Origin: Macrostomum lignano
Taxonomy: Eukaryota
Assembly (NCBI GenBank): GCA_002269645.1
Contig: NIVC01001552.1
Span: 205,134 to 269,133 of the forward strand
DNA: 64,000 nucleotides
Direction of reading: 5' to 3'
In this document: positions 1 through 10,160 of the stretch, in pieces
How positions within the stretch are numbered: position 1 is the stretch's first letter
How the letters are laid out: each line of letters begins with the position of its first letter
The notes under the pieces: generated by a model
The model's input: the letters and a program-made list of their open reading frames with translations, nothing else
The model's database searches: none
Told to the model about the DNA's origin: nothing
Position numbers and translations under genes: made by a program

Positions 1-24
1 GGGTGCGGCTGAATTTGGCCTGGC

Positions 25-157
25 TGTCTGTCTGGCTGTCTGTCTGTCTCAGTGTCTTAGTGTCTGTCTTTCTATCTTAGTGTGTCTGTCTGTCTTAGTG
101 TCCGTCTGTCTGTCTATTTTAGTGTTTGTGTGTCCGTGCCTGTCTGTCCGTCTGCCA

Positions 158-236
<79 letters not shown>

Positions 237-249
237 CAGTGTCTTAGTT

Positions 250-288
<39 letters not shown>

Positions 289-297
289 TTCCGTCGT
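25..297. repeat. (CTGT)n tetranucleotide microsatellite in an intron of the Ig gene
   Basis: Direct reading; it explains the SVCL/QTDR ORFs in the track. Confidence 0.97.
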
Positions 298-336
298 TCT
301 GTCTGGCACAATACTAAATAAAACACGAAAAATTAC

Positions 337-590
337 CTGCGAGATCCGATACTTGGATGCATCCAATGACTTCAGGCCGTCATTTAGGGTTATAGACGAA
401 GTATTAGTCATGTACTTCCACAGGATTGGTCGGCCAGTCTTCATGTATAGCACGGAGCATTCGAAGATGATGTTTTCACCAAGAATTGCATCCACGCGAG
501 AGAGGGTACTAGTCAGTGTAGTGATTCGATCCGATTTGGAGTCGGGGTTCACATCAGTGATGGTCACAATTGGCGTCATAATCTCTTGAC
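337..590 (-). CDS. Coding exon 2 of a Lachesin/IgLON-like Ig-domain cell-adhesion protein; the gene continues off the window start
   Basis: Acceptor acacaaaag|GTCAAG at 591/590 and donor CAG|GTAATT at 337/336. Peptide GQEIMTP...GENIIFECSVLYMKTGRPILWKY...SKYRISQ resembles the first V-set domain of Lachesin (TP...FDCSVQY). Confidence 0.75.
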
Positions 591-1214
591 CTTTTGTGTT
601 AAGTTTGGTTTTGGAGATTAAGATAAAAGTCAAAAGTCAAAATACATTGCTTTTCTTTGATGTTTTCAAGAAAAAATGAGTTAGAAATATTAAAATTTTG
701 CTTTAACTTTGTGTAATATAGGCTTTATGCAAATTTAATATAACAGATATATTTAGGTTTAAAAAAAGAGCATATTACCTGATTGAAGCATTATCCATAG
801 GCAATTAAAAAATTCCATTGGTTTATAGATAGCTTAGTTTAAAAAAATTAATTGTATAATACTGATTTAGAATTAAAATAGTTTATTAATATTTTCTTAA
901 ACCTAAAGTACTTAAACCTTTAGGCTTTAGAATCAGAGTTAGTTTCGCCAAGATAAGCATTTTTTATTTTAGTATGTGTAAAGGGCCCTTCCTGATTTTC
1001 TATAGAATAGTTACAGATTAGTTGAACTTGAATTTACGCCAAAACTAAGATGCAATTTCTTTTGTTTTAATACTCATATTTTTCATATTATTTTACGCAA
1101 ATATATTTTTGTTTTAATCTATGAGTAAAAGTAGTATAAATAGAAGCGAATTTGGCGGAGGGAGAACCAACCTCGCGCATCGCGGTTCACTAATGAAACA
1201 GTCATATCAAAGAA

Positions 1215-1710
1215 TAATAGTTCCAAGAAAATAAGAATTGAAGAAGTGTTTTCTGTGTTGATTCTTTTTAAGAAGTAAGAGTGAAGTAGACTGAAGCATA
1301 TACAGTACATACTATTGAGAAGCAGCAGTATTGAGTAGTAAGAGAATACAAAGTAGATCTGAAATGATATATGTAAGAATAACCAGAGGCTGTGACCCTC
1401 TGATCTCGGTAACACCCAAGGACTTGCAAAGTACATGAAATACCAGTAAGCCAAAATACTGCTCAGGCCATTATTAATTATTAAATAGAACACTACCAGA
1501 AAAACAGAACACTACCAGAATAACAGAGGAGTAAAATCTTTCAGGGCTAATAGTTTTCTAAGAAAAATACTCAGACTAAATACACAGACTAAATACTCAG
1601 ACTAAATACACAGACTAAATACTCAGACTAAATATGCAGACTAAATACTCAGACCTCTGAGATTCTGACTTATTCTAAGATTAATAAACTCATAATTTAT
1701 TAATAGAATA
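1215..1710 (+). repeat. Dispersed ~450-bp non-coding repeat, copy 1, with an internal 13-bp tandem AAATACWCAGACT
   Basis: Shares GGCTGTGACCCTCTGATCTC and CAAAGTAGATCT with copies 2 and 3, and a ~41-nt end CTTATTCTAAGATTAATAAACTCATAATTTATTAATAGAAT with copy 2. Boundaries approximate. Confidence 0.75.
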
Positions 1711-2938
1711 GTCTTGGTGACAGCTACCAACATTTATAAAAACAGGAGTTTAGCCCTTTGACAACTTTGTTGCAGCAGTGGGATAATTTCAGTGAGAGCA
1801 ATTACGCCTTTGACTTATGAATATAATTATTTTTAAATAAAAGCACAAGCCAGACTTAAAGACACAAATATGAACAATAAGACTTACTAAAACTTTTAGT
1901 AATATTTGATATAAGTAAATAATCTTTTCCATTTTTATAATCTTGGAAAAAGAACTATAAGATGATGAATTTATTTTATTATATATGCTGGCAATCTTTT
2001 AGTTTTGCATGGTTAATTATTTTTTTGAAAAATAGCAGCTTTATTAGTTACCACAAGTAAATATTTGAACTTACACAAATTTAAGAAATGGCAATATATC
2101 AATTTTGTCTATGGTTACTAGTTTGAGATAGCTAAAGGCTATGTTTATGGTGAAAACCTGAAAATGCTCTCTGTGTTTTTAAAAGGGATTGAGGTGAGAG
2201 GGACTAGGATTTTAAGAGATTTCTTACCTTGTTTGCTTTCTAAGGAATTGTGATTGTCAATCTTGAGCAACAACTCTTCTTGATCATGGCTGGATGCCTT
2301 GCAGCACCAACTAGTATAATTCTGATTGCAGATATTTGACCCACCTAGATGAGTTTCTTTGGCACCACTATCACGCGCATAATATTTTTGGCAACATACT
2401 TTTCTGGGTGGCACACTACAATATCTAGTGCTACCAACACAACATAACAAACTTGCTAACTGTTGTAAACTTTGTTAAAACTTTGTGTTCAAAATTTGTT
2501 AAATTCAGAAAATAATTAAACATGTCTAACAAGATAGACTATATGATTGAAGATATACTACATATTGTATCATACTTGTGTATATGAGATTGTGTAAATG
2601 AAATGTATAAAATCGTGTAAATGAGGTTTATTAAACCTCAATTATAGCGTGTATAGGCCCTAGTTAATAAAGTTAGGCCCTAAAAGATCTAAGGTAATTT
2701 CTACCTCTGAATTACTTACAATTTAATTATAATAAATGAATAAATTGTACATCATAAATTTTGATTGTGGCATCATTCTATTGAGACGAGATACATTCTG
2801 AATATGACAAAAAGCCAATATTGAAGCTTAGCTTTAAACCCTTATTAAAGCTAAAAAAACATATGAAACCAAAATTAGGACGTTAAGTCAAGAATAGCAG
2901 AAGAAAGGGGTTTGCTATAAAATTAAACATTCACTTAC

Positions 2939-3011
2939 CAGATGCAACCACAATCATACAGAGTACAGTCAGACAGAAAAAAGAGCACATATTTGATGGT
3001 ATAATAGCCAT
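2939..3011 (-). CDS. Coding exon 1 (signal peptide MAIIPSNMCSFFCLTVLCMIVVAS) of the Ig gene
   Basis: ATG at 3011, 24 codons including a hydrophobic core, then G|GTAAGT. The phase-1 donor joins exon 2 in frame (G+GT = Gly). Too short for the ORF track. Confidence 0.8.
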
Positions 3012-3489
3012 TTTTATGGGTCCGTCCTCAACTTGATCCTGCTGGTATCACGGGAAATAAAATAGTAACTTCCTGATACTTCAAGCACAATGATCAAGCA
3101 CAATAACTTTTTAAACTTGTCTTTAATTCTTAAAATTTAACACAAAAACATTTTTATGTGCGAAACCGTTAGTACTTTTTTTAAATTTATTGAAATATAT
3201 TAAAATTCTGAAATATTTGTTTGATTTTTATTGCTTTTTCTATTTCAAGCCGTGATTTCTTTTTTCATGGAAATCACTAAATGCTGGCTGCTGAGTATCT
3301 AATAAGATGAACTACTTTCTGTTTGTACAAAAAACTTCTGCAGTGGATAAAAAATACGTATGAGAGACGTTCTTGCGACCAAACAAGTTACAACACTTTT
3401 TTGCGACGTCCAACTTTGTATTAAATACGTGATTTTTCTGCTCGGGCAGAATACTGAGTATTCTTTGGCTATATGTTGATCCCTACTGG

Positions 3490-3787
3490 CATACATGCGC
3501 AACAGTCGGCCGAGTCGGCCGATTCGGCCGACCGATTTGGCAGCCAACCAAGAAAGTCGCAAAAATGCCATCCCGAAAAAATAACCAAGAAGTAGTACTA
3601 AGTAGCTGACGAGGCATTTTGGCTTAATAAGGCAGTCATAGTTACTCCTGCCGTTTACCCAAAGTTGCGTTAAATTTGCTTTAGGGTTTTTTTACATGTA
3701 AGTCGCATTTTTGGCCAAAAACTACGTCGCATTTTTGTTAAAACTAAGTCGCACGGCCGAACGAATTTTGGAGGTTGCGCATGTATG
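3490..3787. mobile_element. MITE (non-autonomous cut-and-paste element) with 14-bp TIR CATACATGCGCAAC and 8-bp TSD CCTACTGG (hAT- or P-type)
   Basis: TSD at 3482-3489 and 3788-3795; perfect terminal inverted repeat. Confidence 0.88.
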
Positions 3788-5372
3788 CCTACTGGTCTAG
3801 ATCAGCCTTCGGTGCAAGGGCCACTGTATATAGCTATAATCAGTGGTCCTTGCTACGGTTTTGGGGAGGATCACGTCGGAACGAAACAACGCGAGCGAAC
3901 ACAGTACTCATGCAGAATTGCGATTCACACTAGTATTACTATTATAGTTCTATTTAGTATTAACTAGACTATTAGTAGATTAGTATTACTAGACTACATT
4001 TTTCTACATGTAGTCAGCAGATCAGCTGCCTCAAAAGGTGTTAGCCCAGACTGAGAAGGTCTGGGAGGATGCATGAGAAACTGAGTCAGTACAAATGGCA
4101 GAGAAATAGCACACCAGTGGTAAATTTCTAAAACGATACTGACTTGTCCACCTGTAAAGTGTTTTATTTCCCAGTGGGGTCTAAACTTTTTTGGATTTTT
4201 TACCAAGGACCACTGTGTCCTTGTTTTTTTACCAACAATGGTGAGGGCAACGCAACTTTGCCTTATGATTTTCACGTTTATTCAACTTTACCTGTATAAT
4301 TCTCCTTCCCTGTTTCCTTATGATCAAAAAATCTCTATTAAAAAAAAATGCAAACAGTAAATTTTTTTCTGATACGCTTTACTTAGGTTCTTCCACGTTT
4401 TGTTTTTTTCTGTATCAAATTTTAAGCTAAAATGACTTGTGTCGTCACGTGGCTGACGACGACGCGGTTGAGCTAGGCCCCTATCAAACTTAAGTTTTTC
4501 ATTGTAGGATGTCACACGTAGACTGTAGTAGCAAATTTTTTGCATGTTGCCTTAACCCAATAGTGAAAATAACTTTATAGTGCGAAGTATGCATTATGGC
4601 TTATGCGGTTAGTGATATAAGTGTTCTGAACTGGATTACAAGCACAAGGTCTAAATCCTACTTTTTTATTTTTATTAGGCCCTAACTCCTTGTTGTGGCT
4701 TAGTTACCAGTCTGTTACCGATTGACATAAACAACTAAACAAGTCAACGACTTTAAAACATTGATTGGCAAATTGGCTCTGCCCAAATTGACCAAAAAAC
4801 AAAAAACTAATGTATTACATAGAGTAGGGCCTAGCTTTTTTATTTGGCATTTAAATTTATTAATTGCAATTGCAACTCGATTCGGCATACTTACAAATTA
4901 TATGTTGTAGTTTACCTTATCTGAATATCTGAAATCAATAATATCTTTTTATTTTATAGCAATAAGTCATAGATCAATAATAGCTAGACCTTGGACTAAA
5001 TATATTATGAGTAGGCGCCTATACTATTTCTAGCTCTATAGGCCTAGGCCCCCTACTCTATAATATAGTCCATTAATAGTATTATATTACACTATATATA
5101 CATGTGTTGTAGGGCTACTTTTTTAATTCTTATTAGGCCTATTGAATATCCTAAAGCTGCTACCAAAGTGGTTGTAATGGTTTGCTTCCCTCTTTTAGCT
5201 ATTCCACTAATGCCACCACTGGCACCAGGTTTGCAGGTTGTAACAGGCTAAAGCTTCTCTCTATTAAAACCCTACTGAGGTCACCAAAGTTGTAACAGGG
5301 CTTAACTTTTGTCTTTATATATAATATAAATGTTGGTGCCATGCCACATGCCACCAAGGCTTTTCTATAAAA

Positions 5373-5830
5373 ATTCTATTAATAAATTATGAGTTTATTA
5401 ATCTTAGAATAAGTCTGAGAAATGTGTCTTAGAATAAGTCTGAGTAGCCTATAATAATTGATAATTTGTCTGAGTATATTGTTCTTAGGATACTATTTAG
5501 CCCTTACAAGTATTATTCTCTTGTTATTCTGGTAGCATTTACTATTTTTCTAGTAGCATTCTACTGATAATTTGGCCTAAGCAGTATATTGGCTTACTAG
5601 TATATATATTGCATGTATTTCCAATCCTGGGCATTACTGAGATCAGAAGGTCACAGCCTCTGGTTATTGTCACATGTATCTATTTAGGATCTACTTTGTA
5701 TTCTCTCTTACTATTTCCACTTATTAGTATCTAGCCTAATGCATACACTCTGGTCTACTTCACTTTACTTTAAAAAAATAATTAACTCAGATTCAGAAAA
5801 CATTTCTCAAATATTTATTGAACAACTCAC
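5373..5830 (-). repeat. Dispersed repeat copy 2, inverted relative to copies 1 and 3
   Basis: Reverse complement matches 1215-1710 (e.g. GAGATCAGAAGGTCACAGCCTCTGGTT). Confidence 0.75.
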
Positions 5831-6609
5831 TATTATATGCTTCACTTATTATTGAAGCATAGTGAAACATATTGCTTTGTGGCTTGAAACTGCAAACCAG
5901 GTTGCCTCTTCTGGCTCCTAAAATGCATCTATTAATACTAATTTTCATCATTGTTAATAGCAAAAATTAAATTGGGAAAATATTTAAAGAAACACAAAAA
6001 GTAAAACAAAAAGCTTTTCTTACTTTTGCGCAAGTCTAAAATGCATACTAGGCCCCTAACATAAGATTTTCATACATAAAACAAGAGGGGCCTTCTTCAC
6101 ATGTATTATAATATATAAGACAAAATAATGCTAGTTTATGATTATGTCTAGCTCCCCCTTACTATTTGTCTTTATATATAACTATTGAATTTTTATAATG
6201 TTTAAGTTTTATCTGGCCTAAGTAGGCCTACTAAATTATTCTATACAAAAATCTCAACAATGCCAATACTGAATAGTCAATCAGGCAATATTCAATATTA
6301 TCCCACATTAAATATATTAGGCCTAGTTTACATTGATTTTCAATAGGCCTATTATGGAAGGTCTCTTTTTATCCTTTATTTGTACACAAAAATCAAACTT
6401 CATTTGCTATTTTAAAGTCCACATGTTTTTAAGAAAACAATTCATTTAAATACTTATATTTCTCAAAAAATTTTGCAATCTATTTTTTTAAATGAACTGA
6501 AATTTTAATATAGGCCTAAATAGATGCAATTTTTAGGCAAAGAGAAGCATGCTTATTTGAGCTTCAAATCAGCTGTCAACCTTAATGGTTAGTTAAGAAA
6601 TCTATTAAT

Positions 6610-7030
6610 GAGTTCCAAAGAAATATTTTAAAAAGTGTTTTTCTGAATTATTTAATTTTACAATACAGTAAAGTAAAAAGAAGTGTATACACTGTATACT
6701 ATTGAGTAGTAGAGTGTTGGAGGAAGAATAAACACAAAGTAGATCTCAAAACATATAAGGGCTGTGACCCTCTGATCTCAATAATGCCTAGGACTAGAAA
6801 GATTATATATGCAACATATACTAGTAGTAATAATAGTAATATACTGCTTAGGCCAAACTAACATGTTACAAGAATAACTGTAAGAATACTACTAGTATAA
6901 AGTAGAAATATTACTAATACACATATAAAAGATAATCAGTGCTTAGAATAATTTTTATATAAACACTTAGACTTATACTCAGTATGATTATTAGACATAC
7001 TTAGACAATTACTTCAACTAATTCTAAGAA
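6610..7030 (+). repeat. Dispersed repeat copy 3
   Basis: GGCTGTGACCCTCTGATCTC near 6760 and ATACTGCTTAGGCCAA near 6841. Confidence 0.7.
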
Positions 7031-7049
7031 AGCAGAAGCCAATTCTAAG

Positions 7050-7585
7050 AAACGATCGCCACCCACTTGCATTAACTGGGCAAGGTGCACAAGTTGACTC
7101 AATGGGTACCCCATGAATTTCTAACCGGGACCACTACTCTTCTCTCCTATCGGCGCACGCACAATTGGCCAAAGTCAATTGTTACTGGCGATGAAAAATG
7201 GTGCTTATACGTGAACATCAAGCGTCGACGGTCGTGGGTGGATGCTGACACGACCTCTGAGCCACAGCCTAAAGCCGGACTCCACCCCCGCAAGGTCATG
7301 CTGAGCATTTAGTGGGACTGTAAAGGTGTGATCCTCCACAAGGTGCTGCCACCCAACACATTGATTACAGCCGACCTGTACTGCCAACAGCTGGACAGAT
7401 TGGCCGCCGCCATCGCACAGAAGCGACCAAATCATGGCCCGGTCTGATTCCTGTACAATAACGCCCGCCCCCACACTGCCAAGATGACTCGCCAAAAGTT
7501 ACTGGACCTTGGCTGGGAACTGGTGCCTCAGAAATTCTACGCTGATGGCATTATGTCTCTGTCTGAAAAATGGCAGGTGATTGAA
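7050..7585 (+). pseudogene. Degenerate mariner transposase fragment
   Basis: HLHxLGKVHKLTQWVPHE, IVTGDEKWCLY, KVMLSI*WD, YNNARPHTA and FYADGIMSLSEKWQ match mariner motifs (WVPHEL, TGDEKW, HDNARPH); interrupted by stops and deletions. Confidence 0.9.
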
Positions 7586-7620
7586 AAAACTCCATATTTA
7601 AAAAAATACTCAGTTTGGAA

Positions 7621-7792
7621 CATACATGCGCAACTTTGGGATTCACCCGGCCGTTTCTATTGGCAACACACGCATGTAAGTCGCTATTGGACAGAACAGT
7701 AGTCACGTGACTGCTCTCAGCCAATAGCGACTTACATGCGTGTGTTGCCAATAGAAACGGCCGGGTGAATCCCAAGGTTGCGCCCAAGCATG
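7621..7792. mobile_element. Foldback MITE: near-perfect ~160-bp palindrome with 8-bp TSD GTTTGGAA and the same left terminus as the 3490 MITE
   Basis: TSD at 7613-7620 and 7793-7800; starts CATACATGCGCAAC; arms pair around a central GTCACGTGAC; right TIR is degenerate. Confidence 0.85.
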
Positions 7793-8285
7793 GTTTGGAA
7801 GAAGGTTCTAAAAATTGCGAGAACTTTCTCGATAACCGAATACCTATATATGTTGAGTTGTTGGTATAGTGTAAATTTAATTAACATATAAACATGATTT
7901 TATAATGTTTTTATTGGCTCTATGTCTAGACTAGCTTTTGAGAACTATAGCTTGTACGAGCGTATAAAGCATATCATTAAGAATTAATAAAGTTTGGACA
8001 GTTGGTGCTATAATCTGGACAAATCTTATTGCCCGAAATATTTGTTCATGGCAATGACCTCCGGACAATGACCGGCCATTTTCTGGAGGTAAAAAAACAA
8101 GACTGGACAACAATACCATAGGCGAAAAAAGTAACACGAAGCGTGAAATTCTTATATTTATTGAAGTCCAACAAAAAATGTTCCAACAATAACACTGCTT
8201 AGTCAATTGAGTGCAAGTCTAACCTATGGTCATGTTCTCATCACGACAGCAGGAGAAAGTCCAGAAAATACGACGGTTGAGTCCA

Positions 8286-9742
8286 TTACTCAAATTTGCA
8301 ACCATTGAATGAACAGTTGTGGAAACTGTACCTGACCGACGGATTGTCATGACTGATGCCGGTGATCTGCACGGAAGACGACACAGGTACTGGCACCGGT
8401 GAACTCTCACGCAATGGAGTCGCAACAGCTTGTGAAGAACCATTCAAATTAAGTGCCATAGAAACAGCCTCACTGGTAGACTGCAGCGAGCGATCACGGC
8501 GCTTGGACAGGTAACGGCGAGTTGTCCTCTCAGAAACCTGACCGGTTATCGACATGATGTCAGCCAGGTTGTACCCAGCAGCCTCTAGATCAGCAATCCT
8601 GCTCACTCTACAACAGAAATAAAGTATTGCATAGAAAATATGCAACTGGTTTAAAGCAATATGAAGAAAAAGGCTTACCGAATGCAATGATTCGTGTACA
8701 TCTTGGACAAACCGGCCTTCTCGCTCAAGTTTCGCATGAAACGCAGGAAGTAGTTCTCCCCGCGATTCTGCTTTGTTGAGAACATAGGCTGTCCATTGGA
8801 ATCCGTGTTGGATAGTGGACGCGGGAACAGATGGTTGTCCTTGGTTGTTGGAGGTAGCAGTTGTAGATATCTCCTCACTTTGGCCGTGTCGTAGATCCGA
8901 GCTTGTTTGTTGTCCGGCCTGGCCTTCGCCTTCACAGGATCGGCTGACTTATTCTTCGTTGGCAGAGCAGGAAGACAGTAGTACTCCTTGCCGTCAGAAT
9001 CCGTGTGCAATTCAAGCGAGTCCCTTTGTCTCAGGAACTTCAGATGCTCCTGGCCACGCTCTCCAAAGGAGTAAAGAACATAGAACAGAAATTTAGCCTG
9101 CTCGATTTCAGCCGTAGTCCCTTCAAAGTAGCACCGCAACTTCTGCATGTCGCCTTCTTCAATTGGTTCATACTGCCTGGTGCAGCCACCATCTCGATGG
9201 AAATCACGAACCTTGACACGCAGCATCTCGTTGCAGGAATTGAATTCCTCACCACCGATTATATCGACAGGCAGCTTCAGAACCATGCGTAGGAAACGCT
9301 GAATTCCAGCCCGGATACAGATGAGAGAGGCCGGCGAGTAGAACGAGCCATCCTGTTTCTTCAGCTTGAAGTAGAAGTACCGAAGATATTGGTTCAATGT
9401 AGGATTGTTGACATGCTGAATGTTGCGCAGATTCTCCCCTTCCAGGAAGTCTCGAAAACGTTGGCCATGCTGGTACATCTGCTTCCGAGTATCCTCAGGC
9501 AGACTCTCGATCTCGATTCTGTCCATCTCGGAAACGTCTATCTTTTCATCTCCATCGATCATTGGCAGCCCAGTATCAGCTGGACCATTTTGGACATACT
9601 TCAGGAACGCATCGAAATCTTCGTCGTGCCGATCAACGGCAGAGGATTCCGAGAGGAAGTTCAGTTCATCCTGCGTGATGTTGCCGAGGTCCTCACACGG
9701 GAGGTTACCCCAATTAATATAATGTATTATCGGGTCGCTCAT
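8286..9742 (-). CDS. Crypton-type tyrosine recombinase (DUF3504-like), ~461 aa, join(9742..8679, 8607..8286)
   Basis: Motifs YLRYFY..LKKQDGSFYSPASLICIRAGIQRFL, FGERGQE (first catalytic Arg), YTNHCIR (HxxR) and IMSITGQ.SERTTRRY (catalytic Tyr). A 71-nt intron CG|GTAAG...TTGTAG|A restores the frame. Confidence 0.88.
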
Positions 9743-9983
9743 GATGGACAGAAAACTCTTGAATCAACAGGTTTGGACAGACTACTTACTGCCTGGGAAT
9801 CCCTCACACAAACCCCTTCACCCCCACTGAAAGTTTTGCCATAGACATTTCAACCCTCCATTCAATCAATAGGATTGTCATTGCCATGAACTCTCCACGC
9901 CTTTTGGCTTTCGTGCCATAGACGTTTGTGCCTCCTCCTTCTGGGCCACTTCGATTCGTGCCATAGATATTTCCTGCAATGAA

Positions 9984-10085
9984 GTTAACTGGAAGAGAGA
10001 ACTCCAGGCAACGGCCAAATTTCCACTCGCGGCTAGCGCCGCTCGTGGCTTTGGCCGTTGCCTGGAGTTCTCTCTTCCAGTTAAC
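9984..10085. repeat. Perfect 36-bp inverted repeat (9984-10019 / 10050-10085) with a structured 30-nt spacer
   Basis: GTTAACTGGAAGAGAGAACTCCAGGCAACGGCCAAA and its exact reverse complement. Confidence 0.93.
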
Positions 10086-10160
10086 CCCCAATTACATCTG
10101 GCACAGATTAAGGTGAAACTAATTTCTAACTGCCAATGCCACTGCAGCCACCTGATCAGC

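Noticed and set aside
82-326. ORFs of repeating SVCL/QTDR
   Set aside because: Translations of a (CTGT)n microsatellite
7621-7792. Palindrome as the left terminus of the Crypton element
   Set aside because: It has its own 8-bp TSD and shares its terminus with the 3490 MITE, so it is an independent insertion
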